From: Candidatus Enterousia sp. | GTDB taxonomy: Bacteria > Pseudomonadota > Alphaproteobacteria > Rs-D84 | DNA length: 64,000 nt | Direction: 5' to 3' | Assembly (NCBI GenBank): GCA_045546195.1 | Contig: JAZQCH010000001.1 | Span: 231,489 to 295,488, forward strand | Shown: positions 48,509-59,225 of the stretch, in pieces | Numbering within the stretch: the first letter of the stretch is position 1 | Layout: the number at the start of each line of letters is the position of its first letter | The notes under the pieces: model-generated | What the model was told of the DNA's origin: nothing | The model's database searches: none | What the model saw: the letters and a program-made list of their open reading frames with translations, nothing else | Made by a program: the position numbers and the translations under genes

Positions 48509-49879
48509 ATGAATAAATATACAAAAATCACGGCATCAATTGGTCCAAAGTGCGAAGATAAAGACACCCTGGCGCGTATGATATCGGCGGGGGTTAACAT
48601 GTGTCGCTTGAATTTTAGTCACGATACTGGCGACATCCAGGGTCACAAAATTGATATGATACGTGAAGTTTCATCTGAATTAAATATTCCTGTTGCGGTT
48701 ATGATTGATTTACAGGGGCCAAAACACCGTATTGGTAACTTTGAAACCGAAGATAAATATCCGCTGGAAATCGGCCAGAAATTCACATTTGATACCGACC
48801 CCGCGCCGGGCAACGCGACGCGTGTCCAATTGCCAGACACCGATGTTCTGGGGTCATTAAATGTTGGTGATCGTATTTTGTTGAACGATGGCAAGATTGA
48901 AATGCGTGTTGATGCGGCGACGCCTGAACGCGTGGACGCAACGGTTGTTCGTGGGACTGAAATTTGGTCGCGTCGTGGCTTTAATTTGCCGGACACAGAA
49001 ATCAACACATCTGTCTTGACGGCCAAAGATCGTGCGGACCTGGAATACGCAATCACAAAAAATCCAGACTATGTTGCGATTTCATTTGTTCAGCGTCCCG
49101 AAGATGTCGCCGAAGTTCGTGATTTTATTACCCAACGCACTGCGCATCCAATTAAAATCATCGCAAAAATCGAACGTCCAAACGCGGTTGAACGCATCAC
49201 AGATATCGCCGCCGCCGCCGATGGTATTATGATTGCGCGTGGCGATTTGGCGGTCGAAGTTCCATATGCCGAAGTACCCGCGATTTCCCGCCATATTATT
49301 CGCGAATGTCGCAAGATGAACAAACCTGTAATTGTCGCGACCCAAATGTTGGGTTCCATGGTCAACAGTGAATTTCCAACCCGTGCTGAAATCACCGACG
49401 TTGCGAACGCGGCGTACCTGCGCGCGGATTCGACCATGACATCCGAAGAAACCACAATCGGTATCAATCCAGTTAATGTAATTGAAACCATGTACAATAT
49501 CTTGGCGCATGCGGACGCAGACGCGATTGCCAATCCTTATGATTGGTCGCGTGTTGAAAACATCCCGGAAAATGATTGGTCGCGTTCGGTTGCGTCTATG
49601 GCGTATCTGAATCGTGCGTCTGCCATTGTTGTGTTCGCGCGTGACACGATTGCCGCAACCCAGATTTCGTGCCGAAAACCTGATATCCCGGTTATTGCGG
49701 TGTGTAATGAATCCGTTGTTGCGAACCAGTTGTGTCTGGCGCGTGGCGTGTTTCCGATTTATTGCCCGGAATTATTCGGTATGCGCGATGCGTTTAATTC
49801 TGCGCGTCGCTTTAATATCAATATGGGCAAATTGGTTATCGTGGACGAAGATAAAATCAGCCTGCGTACATTGGATTAA
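48509..49879 (+). CDS. pyk: pyruvate kinase
   Basis: 456 aa; 'TKITASIGP', 'NMCRLNFSHD', 'MIARGDLAVEVP', 'VIVATQMLGSM'. Confidence 0.9.
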   Translation: MNKYTKITASIGPKCEDKDTLARMISAGVNMCRLNFSHDTGDIQGHKIDMIREVSSELNIPVAVMIDLQGPKHRIGNFETEDKYPLEIGQKFTFDTDPAPGNATRVQLPDTDVLGSLNVGDRILLNDGKIEMRVDAATPERVDATVVRGTEIWSRRGFNLPDTEINTSVLTAKDRADLEYAITKNPDYVAISFVQRPEDVAEVRDFITQRTAHPIKIIAKIERPNAVERITDIAAAADGIMIARGDLAVEVPYAEVPAISRHIIRECRKMNKPVIVATQMLGSMVNSEFPTRAEITDVANAAYLRADSTMTSEETTIGINPVNVIETMYNILAHADADAIANPYDWSRVENIPENDWSRSVASMAYLNRASAIVVFARDTIAATQISCRKPDIPVIAVCNESVVANQLCLARGVFPIYCPELFGMRDAFNSARRFNINMGKLVIVDEDKISLRTLD

Positions 49880-49883
49880 AAAA

Positions 49884-49932
49884 TCCCCCAACTGGGGGAT
49901 TTTTATAAATAAAAACCGCCAATCGGCGGTTT
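49884..49932 (+). terminator. tandem bidirectional terminators between pyk and rpmH
   Basis: 'aaaatcccccaactgggggattttt' and 'aaaaccgccaatcggcggttt'. Confidence 0.65.
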
Positions 49933-49934
49933 AA

Positions 49935-50087
49935 TTAGTTTGCTGCGGTTGCGGCCAGTCTTTTGCGACCCGCTGCGCGACGACGATTCAGAACATCGCG
50001 ACCACCGGCTGTTGCCATACGTGCACGGAATCCGTGTGTACGAACACGGCGTGTTTTCGATGGTTGATATGTACGTTTTGTTGCCAT
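49935..50087 (-). CDS. rpmH: 50S ribosomal protein L34
   Basis: not in ORF track (<60 aa); revcomp translates to [50 protein letters not shown], matching the L34 consensus. Confidence 0.9.
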   Translation of the reverse strand: MATKRTYQPSKTRRVRTHGFRARMATAGGRDVLNRRRAAGRKRLAATAAN

Positions 50088-50639
50088 GACTTCAAACCCT
50101 TAGTTTTTTCTTTTGTTTCTTTGTGCTTCAAGTGTACCCGAGCAGCATCATCCGTACACCCGAAAAAATCCGTTTGTGCCCCTATTTAATCACACGTTTT
50201 ATAAAAACGCAACCTTTTTATTTAGATTTTATTAAACCGAACTTTGCCAACGCTTCCATCATCAAATAATATATGAATATTGCGACAAACAGTCTGTAAA
50301 ACGGTAAAAACAAGTGGTTCATTTTTTTTCGTTTCCTTATCGTTGTTTGCGGCACCACCGGTCGCGCAGGTGTTCAATTCCGTCAATAAATTTAATCATC
50401 TGCCCCAGATTCCAAATCTGGCACGAATATTGTGCGCGCGCCAGGCAGTTTTTTCCGGCGGCATCCTGCATTTCCTGTGCCCAATCGCGTGTTTCGATTA
50501 AAATGTCTTTGATTTGTCCCATGCTTTTTATGCTATCACTAATGTTGATTTTGTCAATTGAATTTTTGGGCTTTATTTCTTGACGAAAAGCCCAAAAATC
50601 TGCTATGTTTCTTGTGTTATAAACATAGGAAAGGTAAGT

Positions 50640-53366
50640 ATGTCAGAAAACATTAACGAAGTAATTGAAACGCGTGTTCCCCAGTCGTCTTTGGAACACG
50701 AAATGCGGACCAGTTTTTTGGACTATGCGATGTCGGTTATTGTTGATCGTGCGTTGCCGGATGTTCGCGACGGGTGCAAGCCTGTACACCGCAGAATTCT
50801 GTATGTTATGAACGATGTTGCGCCTGCGACTAAGCCGACTGTAAAATCTGCGCGTATTGTCGGTGATGTTATGGGTAAATATCACCCACATGGTGACAGT
50901 TCTATTTACGAAGCCATGGTTCGCATGGGCCAGGATTTTTCCATGGGCGAAATGTTGGTCCAGGGCCAGGGTAACTTTGGTTCGCGCGACGGGGACAAGG
51001 CTGCGGCCATGCGTTACACCGAAGCGCGCCTGTCAAAACTGGGTGCGTCCCTGATGGACGACATGGACAAAGATACTGTTGATTGGCAACCGAACTTTGA
51101 TGGTTCACTGCAAGAACCGGTTGTTTTGCCGACCAAGTTTCCAAATTTCTTGGTGAACGGTGGTTCTGGTATTGCGGTGGGTATGGCAACAAATGTTCCG
51201 ACATACAACCTGGGGGAAATTTGTAATGGTATTTTGGCGATATTGGACAATCGCGATTTGTCTGATGATGAATTATTCACGATTATCCCCGGGCCTGACT
51301 TTCCAACGGGTGCGATGATTATGGGGCGTGCCGGCGCGTACAAGGCACACACAACCGGTCGCGGTTCTATCATCATCCGTTCAAAAACACACATCGAAGA
51401 TTTTCGTGATCACCAGGCTATTATTGTTGATGAAATCCCGTACCAGGTCAACAAGGCGCAAATGATTATCAAAATCGCCGAATTGATTAAGGACAAGCGT
51501 ATCGAAGGCATCTCGGAAATTCGTGATGAATCATCCAAAGAAGGCTTGCGCATCGTTATTGAATTAAAGCGCGACGCAATTGCGGATGTTGTACTGAATC
51601 ATCTGTTCCAGTACACAGAAATGCAGACCAGTTTCCCTGTTAATATGATGGCGTTGAACCGTGGTCGTCCAATGTTGTTCAATGTTCGTGGCGTACTGGA
51701 TGCCTTTATTGAATTCAGGGCAGAGGTTATCCGCCGTCGTACAATCTTTGATTTGAACCGTGCGCGCAATCGTGCCCACACATTGTTGGGTCTGTCGGTT
51801 GCGGTTGGAAATCTGGACGAAGTTATCGAATTGATTAAATCCAGTCCAAACCCAGACGTCGCCCGCGAAGCATTGATTTCCCGCGGATGGCGTGCGTCTG
51901 ATATTGAATCGTATATTCAATTGATTGACGACCCGAACACAGAATACAAAGACGGCATGTTCTATATGTCCGAAGACCAGGCCCGCGCAATTCTGGAATT
52001 ACAATTACATCGTCTGACCGGTCTGGAACGCGATAAAATCCATAATGATTTGACGACATTGGGTGCGACGATTCGTGACCTGTTGGAAATTTTGGGCAGT
52101 CACGAAAGAATCATCCAAATCATCCGCGATGAAACCACATCTGTTCGCGACAATTGGGCGTCCCCACGTCGCACAGAAATTTCGGATGCTGAAATTGATA
52201 TTGATATCGAAGATTTGATTGCCCGCGAAGATATGGTTATTACTGTGTCTAACACCGGATACATCAAACGTGTTGCGCTGGATACATACCGTGCCCAGAA
52301 ACGCGGTGGCAAGGGGCGCAACGCCATGGCGACCAAGGATGATGACTATGTGGTCCAGGTATTCGTTGCGAACACCCACACGCCATTATTGTTCTTTAGT
52401 TCGCGCGGTATGTGTTATAAATTAAAAACATATAAATTACCCGAAGCGGCCGCCGCGGCCAAGGGACGTCCACTGGTCAACCTGTTGCCACTGGAAAATG
52501 GCGAAACGATTACTGCGATTTTGCCAGTTCCCGAAGAAGACGTTGCCCGCGTTGCCGAATCTGGGGTTGAACATTTCTTGATGTTTGCGACCGCATCTGG
52601 TACAGTGCGCCGCAATCGTATGTCTGATTTTGATTCAATCCGCGCGAACGGTAAAATCGCGATGAAATTGGACGAAGGTGACAGTTTGATTTCCGTACTG
52701 CCATGTAATGAATCCCAAGATGTGTTCTTGGCGACATATCGCGGTCGCGCGATTCGATTCCCTGTGCCGGAAATTCGTGTGTTCGCGGGCCGTAATTCAA
52801 CCGGTGTTCGCGGTATCACATTGGGGGCGGACGATAAAATTATTGGTATGGCGATGTTGAATCGTGGCGAATCTGATTCTGCGGTTCGTGCGGCATATAT
52901 CAAGCAATCGCGTGCCGCCCGTCGTGCCGCCACCGGCATCGAAGAAGAGGCGTCCACCGACGAAGAAGAAACAACAATCGTTCTGGACGATGCGAAAATG
53001 GCTGAAATGGCATCCCGCGAAGAATTTATCTTAACAATTTCTGAAAACGGATTCGGCAAACGCACCAGTTCGTATGAATATCGCCTGACACATCGCGGTG
53101 GTGGCGGATTTACAAACATCAAACTGGGGGGCAAGAATACCGCCGTTGCGGGTTCGTTCCCTGTTGTCGATGACCAAGATATCATCATGGTGACCGACGG
53201 TGGTAAAATCATCCGCACGCCTGTGTCTGATGTGCGTATTGCGGGCCGTTCAACGGCCGGTGTGACATTGTTCCGCACCGCCGATAATGAAAAGGTTGTG
53301 TCCGCCATTTCAATCGAACGCGCATCCGACGAAGACGCAAGCGAAGAATCTGTTGTATCTGAATAA
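50640..53366 (+). CDS. gyrA: DNA gyrase subunit A
   Basis: start trimmed to MSENINEV (AGGAAAGG SD); '[26 protein letters not shown]', active-site Tyr region, C-terminal beta-pinwheel repeats and acidic tail. Confidence 0.95.
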   Translation: MSENINEVIETRVPQSSLEHEMRTSFLDYAMSVIVDRALPDVRDGCKPVHRRILYVMNDVAPATKPTVKSARIVGDVMGKYHPHGDSSIYEAMVRMGQDFSMGEMLVQGQGNFGSRDGDKAAAMRYTEARLSKLGASLMDDMDKDTVDWQPNFDGSLQEPVVLPTKFPNFLVNGGSGIAVGMATNVPTYNLGEICNGILAILDNRDLSDDELFTIIPGPDFPTGAMIMGRAGAYKAHTTGRGSIIIRSKTHIEDFRDHQAIIVDEIPYQVNKAQMIIKIAELIKDKRIEGISEIRDESSKEGLRIVIELKRDAIADVVLNHLFQYTEMQTSFPVNMMALNRGRPMLFNVRGVLDAFIEFRAEVIRRRTIFDLNRARNRAHTLLGLSVAVGNLDEVIELIKSSPNPDVAREALISRGWRASDIESYIQLIDDPNTEYKDGMFYMSEDQARAILELQLHRLTGLERDKIHNDLTTLGATIRDLLEILGSHERIIQIIRDETTSVRDNWASPRRTEISDAEIDIDIEDLIAREDMVITVSNTGYIKRVALDTYRAQKRGGKGRNAMATKDDDYVVQVFVANTHTPLLFFSSRGMCYKLKTYKLPEAAAAAKGRPLVNLLPLENGETITAILPVPEEDVARVAESGVEHFLMFATASGTVRRNRMSDFDSIRANGKIAMKLDEGDSLISVLPCNESQDVFLATYRGRAIRFPVPEIRVFAGRNSTGVRGITLGADDKIIGMAMLNRGESDSAVRAAYIKQSRAARRAATGIEEEASTDEEETTIVLDDAKMAEMASREEFILTISENGFGKRTSSYEYRLTHRGGGGFTNIKLGGKNTAVAGSFPVVDDQDIIMVTDGGKIIRTPVSDVRIAGRSTAGVTLFRTADNEKVVSAISIERASDEDASEESVVSE

Positions 53367-53380
53367 TCAGGGGTGCCGGC

Positions 53381-53767
53381 ATGGAAAATACAAATGAATA
53401 CTTTTCATCGATAAACGAAGTGTCCAAGCGATTGGATGTGCCGGCGCACACCCTGCGTTATTGGGAAAAGCAGTTTCCGGTTGCCATCCGTCCCACAACG
53501 GGTGCGGGTGGTCGCCGGTATTACCGTGCCGAAACGATTGAACGATTGATTGTTATTCGCGACCTGTTATATAAACATGGGTTGACAATCGCAGGGGTAA
53601 AAAAATTGATGCGTGACGGGAACCTGCCGACATGTGCGGATGAATTGTTGTCCGCCACCCCGGTCACCACGCCAAATGTGACTGTTGCGCCTGTGTCAAC
53701 GGGCAACAATAATGATTTGGATTTAGCAATCAGTTTGTTGGAATCTGCGAAACAAATACTACAATAA
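53381..53767 (+). CDS. MerR-family transcriptional regulator
   Basis: 128 aa; HTH 'INEVSKRLDVPAHTLRYWEKQF'. Confidence 0.7.
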   Translation: MENTNEYFSSINEVSKRLDVPAHTLRYWEKQFPVAIRPTTGAGGRRYYRAETIERLIVIRDLLYKHGLTIAGVKKLMRDGNLPTCADELLSATPVTTPNVTVAPVSTGNNNDLDLAISLLESAKQILQ

Positions 53768-53796
53768 AAATCCCGCCGATTGGCGGGATTTGTTTT
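53768..53796 (+). terminator. bidirectional rho-independent terminator
   Basis: 'aaaatcccgccgattggcgggatttgtttt'. Confidence 0.65.
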
Positions 53797-53798
53797 AA

Positions 53799-54140
53799 TT
53801 ACTTTACGAAAACATATTTTTTCGCGCCGCATTTTTTTGGGCAACCGCATGTCGCAGGTTTATTGGCCACTGGTGCCAACACCTGACGTTCTGTGCGCTG
53901 CGCGGCACCAAAATTATCGCGCAGATATAAATCGCGACATTTTGTATTGCGATATACAATCTTTTTATCTAAATCCAATGAACGGACATCTTCGGAATAG
54001 CGACGGCCACGTTCCGCAGAATAGAACACACAATCGTCCCCATCCTGGGTGTATCTTACGCCACCCTTGTAATAATCATAATATGACGAACAGCCCGCTA
54101 ATACCAGCAAACCGAACAACGCAAACAAAGTTTTTTTCAT
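53799..54140 (-). CDS. small lipoprotein (113 aa)
   Basis: lipobox 'LLVLAGCSS' after signal peptide. Confidence 0.5.
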   Translation of the reverse strand: MKKTLFALFGLLVLAGCSSYYDYYKGGVRYTQDGDDCVFYSAERGRRYSEDVRSLDLDKKIVYRNTKCRDLYLRDNFGAAQRTERQVLAPVANKPATCGCPKKCGAKKYVFVK

Positions 54141-54290
54141 TTTGTACCCTTTGTGTATAAAAACGGTTATCTCTGTCCGTCCCCCGATTCGTCATAATTG
54201 TGGCACAAATGTCGGCGTTGTCAATAAAAACCCAATAAAAAAATCCCACTAATTTTCACTAAAATATGTTATAATCGCCACATAAAGGGT

Positions 54291-55241
54291 TTGATTATGA
54301 AGTATTCTGAACTTGGTCTGGTTAATACCAAAGATATGTTTGCGGACGCGATTGCGCGCAAATATGCGGTGCCTGCGTTTAATTTTTATAATATGGAAAC
54401 ATTGATGGCGATACTGAACGCGTCGCGCATGACGCACAGCCCGGTTATCCTGGCGGTATCTGAATCCGCGTTAAAGTATATGGGCCCAGATATGTTAACC
54501 GGTATGATTATGGGGGCAAATTTGTCGCCCGATGATGGTGTTGCGTTACATTTGGACCACGGTTCAACTGTGGAATCGTGCGTGCGCGCGATTGAATTGG
54601 GTTTTTCATCCGTCATGATTGATGCCAGCAAACTGCCATTTGACGAAAATGTTGTGTCAACAAAACGTGTCGCAGAAATCGCACACAAACACAATGTCAC
54701 AGTCGAAGCGGAACTGGGCGTCCTGGCGGGAATCGAAGACGAAAATACATTTTCTGAAAATTCCAGTTATACAAATCCATCGGATGTCGAACGTTTTGTT
54801 CGTGCCACGGGCATTGATTCATTGGCAATTGCCATCGGCACCAGTCACGGCGCGTACAAGCGTCGCCGCGATGACGAAGAATTGCGTTTTGATATTTTGG
54901 CGGATGTGGCAACGCGCCTGCCGGGGTTTCCGTTGGTTTTACACGGTGCGTCAAACATCCCGCAAAAGTTGGTGACGCAAATCAACGAATTTGGTGGTAA
55001 ATTATCTGGTGCGCGTGGCATTGATGTTGCGCAACTGCGTCGTGCGACCCAGATGAATGTCTGTAAAATTAACGTGGACAGTGATTTGCGCCTGGGCTTT
55101 ATTGCGGCAACGCGTCGCACATTGGCTGAAAACCCCCAGGGTTTTAATCCGCGTGAATTTTTATCGTCTGCGATAACGACAATGACCCAGATATGTACCG
55201 ATGAAATTCGCGACATCATGGGGTCGGACAATAAATTATAA
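54291..55241 (+). CDS. fba: class II fructose-bisphosphate aldolase
   Basis: 316 aa; 'VPAFNF', 'LHLDHG', 'SVMIDAS', 'LHGASN' motifs. Confidence 0.85.
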   Translation: MIMKYSELGLVNTKDMFADAIARKYAVPAFNFYNMETLMAILNASRMTHSPVILAVSESALKYMGPDMLTGMIMGANLSPDDGVALHLDHGSTVESCVRAIELGFSSVMIDASKLPFDENVVSTKRVAEIAHKHNVTVEAELGVLAGIEDENTFSENSSYTNPSDVERFVRATGIDSLAIAIGTSHGAYKRRRDDEELRFDILADVATRLPGFPLVLHGASNIPQKLVTQINEFGGKLSGARGIDVAQLRRATQMNVCKINVDSDLRLGFIAATRRTLAENPQGFNPREFLSSAITTMTQICTDEIRDIMGSDNKL

Positions 55242-55274
55242 TCAAAAAAATCCCCGCGTTCTGCGGGGTTTTGT

Positions 55275-56489
55275 TTACATACGCGGACCGCGCATAGGGT
55301 TCATGCTTTTTTGCTTGTTATTGGTTGATGCCATCCCTATGCGTCCGACAATAACCTTGTCCCCCATTTGAATTTCGTCTGAAATGATTTCTGTTTCAGT
55401 CGCCGTGGACAGACCCTTGGAATACGGCACCATAACCACATCATCATCACGCAGTATTGCCAGATGTGACACAGGTGTTGCCCCATTAACAATTTCAGCA
55501 TCTAAAAAGTTGGCGAAACTGCGAACCAAGAACGCCGAATTTGCCGCACGCCATACATTTTCTTTTTCTGAAATTATAATCGTCACAAACGCGGTCATAC
55601 CCGGCATCAACCGCAGGTCTGTATTATCGACATCAATCACAACTGTGTACACAACAACGTTCGATGTTGTTGTTGGTGACAGTCGAATTTGCCGTACCAC
55701 GCCATCAAATGTTTCGGTTGGATATGCGTCAACGGTAAAGGTCACTGGTTGACCTTCTTGGATAACGCCAATATCGGCTTCGGACACAGCGGTTTCAATT
55801 TGCATCTTGGTTAAATCTTCGGCGATTTCAAACAGGTCTGGTGTCTGGAACGATGCGGCAACGGTCTGGCCTACGTCCACCTTGCGCGAAATAACGGTGC
55901 CGTCAACTGGCGATGTTATTGTCGCATACCCCAGGTTAGTCACCGCGCGGTCATATGTTGATTGTGCGCGTTTTACCGATTGTTCGGCCTGTTCGTATTG
56001 TGTTTGCGATTGTTCCATTTCTGCGCGTGCGATAAAGCCTTCGCTATACAACGATTTATTTCTTTCGTATTCGCTTTTTGCGAAATTTCGTTGGGACATC
56101 GCGCTGTCCAGTGATGCTTTGGACTCGTCAACAGTTGCCTGTAAAACAGACGGTTCAATCGTTAACAGGATGTCACCCTTTTTGACCTTGGTATTAAAGT
56201 CGACATACAGATTATCAATCGTCCCCGATACCTGGGAACCGACATTGACGGTGTTCACAGGCTGAATTTCGCCAGTTGCGGTCACCACCTGGCGCAGGTC
56301 GCCCCGTGTAATATTCATGGTGATAAACTCGCCGGGCTTTTTAGACGTGCCACCAAAAATCCACCATGCCCCAATTGCGACCGCCACCACCAATAAAATC
56401 CACCATTTTTTGCGCCACATCCACCCGAACACGCGACGGATAAATGATTTTTTTGGCTGCGCCTGCTTTGTTGTATTATTTTTCTTCAT
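55275..56489 (-). CDS. HlyD/MacA-family periplasmic adaptor subunit
   Basis: 404 aa; N-terminal TM, coiled-coil hairpin (QSQTQYEQAEQSVKRAQSTYDRA), beta-barrel and MP domains; overlaps tolC-like gene stop. Confidence 0.8.
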   Translation of the reverse strand: MKKNNTTKQAQPKKSFIRRVFGWMWRKKWWILLVVAVAIGAWWIFGGTSKKPGEFITMNITRGDLRQVVTATGEIQPVNTVNVGSQVSGTIDNLYVDFNTKVKKGDILLTIEPSVLQATVDESKASLDSAMSQRNFAKSEYERNKSLYSEGFIARAEMEQSQTQYEQAEQSVKRAQSTYDRAVTNLGYATITSPVDGTVISRKVDVGQTVAASFQTPDLFEIAEDLTKMQIETAVSEADIGVIQEGQPVTFTVDAYPTETFDGVVRQIRLSPTTTSNVVVYTVVIDVDNTDLRLMPGMTAFVTIIISEKENVWRAANSAFLVRSFANFLDAEIVNGATPVSHLAILRDDDVVMVPYSKGLSTATETEIISDEIQMGDKVIVGRIGMASTNNKQKSMNPMRGPRM

Positions 56490-57813
56490 CTTCCACTTCC
56501 TTGTCTAATTCTGTTTTTATTTCACCAACTGCCAATGCGACCGCCGCGCGTTTGGTAAACAGGTCGTATTTTGCGGCATTGTTTTGTTTTTCTGCGCTGA
56601 CTAATTCAGATTGCGCCGTTTGCCAATCCAACATAGTCGCGCGTCCAACCTTGTACATGCCGGCGGTCACGCGTTCCGATTCGGTCGCGGATTTCAATAA
56701 TGTTTCCGTTTGTTTTAATACGGTTTGGGCGGTTTTATAGTTATGATATGCCGTAAATATATCCAACGTTGCATTGTCATTTGTTTGTCGTTCGATTTCG
56801 ACTGCGCGGTCATAATTTGCCGCCGCTGCGCGCGCGTTATACAGATTGGCAAATCCTGCGAACAATGGCATAGACGCGCGTATGCCAATACTGCCACTGA
56901 CTTTGTCAGACCCTGCGCCAAATGTTTCGGACGGTGTGTCGTTCCACGACAGCGACCCCGACGCAGAAATCGACGGCAGGTTGCTTAAAAACACGCTGTT
57001 TCGTCTGTGCCATGCGGCATCTTTGTTCGCGGTTGCGCGCAACAAATCCGGACGTGTTTTTTGTGCCTGTTCGAATAATTCATCCAGACTTTTTGTTTCC
57101 TGGGGTGTGCCAATGGTTGATGGCAAATCTGCGATTTCAATTTCTTGGTCGGCTGGGAACGACAGTTTGCTAAGCAGTGTTCCCTTGGCGATTTCGCGAT
57201 TATTTTTTGCGCGTTCTAAATCCAGGTCGCGACTGGCCAATGTTGTGTCTGCCTTTAACACATCTGCCTTGGCAACGGAACCGGCTTTGAACTTTTTATT
57301 TGCTGTATCGCGTGCGGTCTGTGCGACGGTGCGCAACATTTCGGCTGATTTGACATCCGCATTTGCGTTCAATAACGCATAGTACGACCCGATAATGCTG
57401 TACACATAGTTTTGTACACTTTCGTCATAGTCAAACCCCGCCGCGCGCCACGCATAGATTGATTGTTTAACATCTGAAAAACGTTTTCCAAAATCGAATA
57501 TTAAATAAGATGCCGACAACGACGCCCCATACGACCAATCGCCCCATTGTTCATTACGATATGGCAACGACGCGTTTGCCGACGCATTAACACTGGGCAG
57601 ATAATCGGCATAACCTGCATTTTTAGAAAAACGCGCAGATTCATATGCCATATATGCCGCCGCCGTCTGTGGGTTGCGACACAGTCCCAATTCAATCACC
57701 TGGGGCAGGCTTAGTTTCCCCGCCGGCACATCCATGCGTGTCATACAGTTATCTGTGGTGGCAAACGCACACATTGGCATCAACCCAAACATAAAAAACG
57801 ACAGTTTTCTCAT
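56476..57813 (-). CDS. TolC-family outer membrane protein
   Basis: 445 aa; signal peptide 'MRKLSFFMFGLMPMCAFA', two OEP repeats. Confidence 0.8.
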   Translation of the reverse strand: MRKLSFFMFGLMPMCAFATTDNCMTRMDVPAGKLSLPQVIELGLCRNPQTAAAYMAYESARFSKNAGYADYLPSVNASANASLPYRNEQWGDWSYGASLSASYLIFDFGKRFSDVKQSIYAWRAAGFDYDESVQNYVYSIIGSYYALLNANADVKSAEMLRTVAQTARDTANKKFKAGSVAKADVLKADTTLASRDLDLERAKNNREIAKGTLLSKLSFPADQEIEIADLPSTIGTPQETKSLDELFEQAQKTRPDLLRATANKDAAWHRRNSVFLSNLPSISASGSLSWNDTPSETFGAGSDKVSGSIGIRASMPLFAGFANLYNARAAAANYDRAVEIERQTNDNATLDIFTAYHNYKTAQTVLKQTETLLKSATESERVTAGMYKVGRATMLDWQTAQSELVSAEKQNNAAKYDLFTKRAAVALAVGEIKTELDKEVEDEEK

Positions 57814-57907
57814 AAAAATTCTCTCTCGTGTTAATATTCTTTCAAATTATACAATTTTTCTATTGAATTACAATTTTTTTTTGCTTAATATGCTTTCACA
57901 AAGTTCA

Positions 57908-57981
57908 GGCCTGGTGGCAGAGTGGTTATGCAGAGGACTGCAAATCCTTGGATGCCGGTTCGATTCCGACCCAGGCCTCCA
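57908..57981 (+). tRNA. tRNA-Cys (anticodon GCA)
   Basis: acceptor ggcctgg/ccaggcc, anticodon loop ctGCAaa, T-arm ggttcgattcc, encoded CCA. Confidence 0.85.
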
Positions 57982-57985
57982 CAAA

Positions 57986-58013
57986 TAAAAAAGAGCCCCT
58001 GGGGGGCTTTTTT
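57986..58013 (+). terminator. rho-independent terminator after tRNA-Cys
   Basis: 'aaaaagagcccctggggggctttttt'. Confidence 0.7.
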
Positions 58014-58156
58014 GGTGCCTGGGGTGGAATTGAACCGGCCCGGTTCGCATGCGCGCCCAGGTTTGTCGCGGGGCATAACAAACCCGCCACGCGACAAACC
58101 ACCGCAAGCAGTGAGTCAAGTTGCGTTTAGCAACGGTCGCCAACGGCGATGCGAAC

Positions 58157-58186
58157 ATTCCGACCCAGGCCTCCACAAATAAAAAA
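58157..58186 (+). repeat. 30-bp direct repeat of tRNA-Cys 3' end (second copy)
   Basis: 'attccgacccaggcctccacaaataaaaaa' identical to 57963-57992; followed by its own terminator 'caccccatgtgggtgatttttt'. Confidence 0.8.
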
Positions 58187-58237
58187 ACACCCCATGTGGG
58201 TGATTTTTTATGTAAGTTTAAGGAAGGGAATATATTC

Positions 58238-59131
58238 ATGACATCCGAATTTGAAACATTGTTGGAATCTATGCGCCCCGCGTCCCCGCGCACAGTTGCC
58301 TTGGCGTGCGCCACCGACCCAAACGCATTGTCATCTGTGTGCGTTGCGCACAAAATGGGTTTTATAGATGCCGTTTTATACGGCGATGAAACCGATATAA
58401 AAAATGTCGCATCCAAACACAATCTGGATATATCTGATTTTAAAATCGTCCACTGTGATGATGAATTGTCGGCGGCAAATGCGGCGGTTTGTGCCGTGCG
58501 CGACGGTCGCGCCGATATTTTGATGAAGGGCCTTATCCACACCGCAGACATTTTGCGTGCGGTGCTTAATCGTGAAACGGGCATTCGTGGCGATGGTATT
58601 TTATCGCATGTGTCGGTGTTGTATTCCCCATCGCGCCATCAGCGGTTATTTCTAACTGATATCGCAATGGTTATGTACCCCAGTTTAGAACAAAAGGTTG
58701 ACTTGATAAATAACGCGGTATCTTTTGCGCGCCATATGGGGGTGGCCACGCCGCGTGTTGCGCCCCTGTGTGCGGTTGAAACATTAAATCCGAAAATGCC
58801 GGCAACCGTTGACGCGGATGCGCTGCGCCAACTGAACATGCGTGGCGAACTGGCAAATTGTATTGTGTCGGGGCCGATATCATTTGATATCGCAGTGTCA
58901 AAGTCCGCCGCCGCGACCAAGGGATATGCTGGCCCTATCCAGGGTGACGCAGACATATTGCTGTTCCATAATATCGAAGCAGGCAACAATACTATTAAGG
59001 CAATGGTACAATTCGGCGATTGGATATTTGGTGGTGTGATTGTTGGTGCACGCGCGCCGATTGTTATAAATTCGCGTTCTGATTCAGACACATCGAAACT
59101 GTTTTCAATTGCGTGCGCGTGTACAATGTAA
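58238..59131 (+). CDS. phosphate acetyl/butyryl-transferase family protein
   Basis: start trimmed to MTSEFETL with AGGAAGGG SD; ~297 aa PTA/PTB-fold. Confidence 0.65.
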   Translation: MTSEFETLLESMRPASPRTVALACATDPNALSSVCVAHKMGFIDAVLYGDETDIKNVASKHNLDISDFKIVHCDDELSAANAAVCAVRDGRADILMKGLIHTADILRAVLNRETGIRGDGILSHVSVLYSPSRHQRLFLTDIAMVMYPSLEQKVDLINNAVSFARHMGVATPRVAPLCAVETLNPKMPATVDADALRQLNMRGELANCIVSGPISFDIAVSKSAAATKGYAGPIQGDADILLFHNIEAGNNTIKAMVQFGDWIFGGVIVGARAPIVINSRSDSDTSKLFSIACACTM

Positions 59132-59225
59132 AAAAATCGGGTGTGTACCCGATTTTTTTCTTGCTTTTGTGTGGTTCATGCCCCACAATCCTTTGGCATT
59201 TTTAAATTAAACGCAAGGAGAAACC

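Noticed and set aside
50337-50522. 61-aa minus-strand ORF in the rpmH-gyrA intergenic region
   Set aside because: No SD and no recognisable features. It is as likely non-coding regulatory DNA.
58015-58190. Possibility that the segment after tRNA-Cys is a tmRNA or a second intact tRNA
   Set aside because: There is no tRNA-Ala-like G:U acceptor, no resume codon or tag ORF, and no canonical D-arm or anticodon arm. Only the 3' 30 nt copy tRNA-Cys. Kept as a finding, but not called as an RNA gene.
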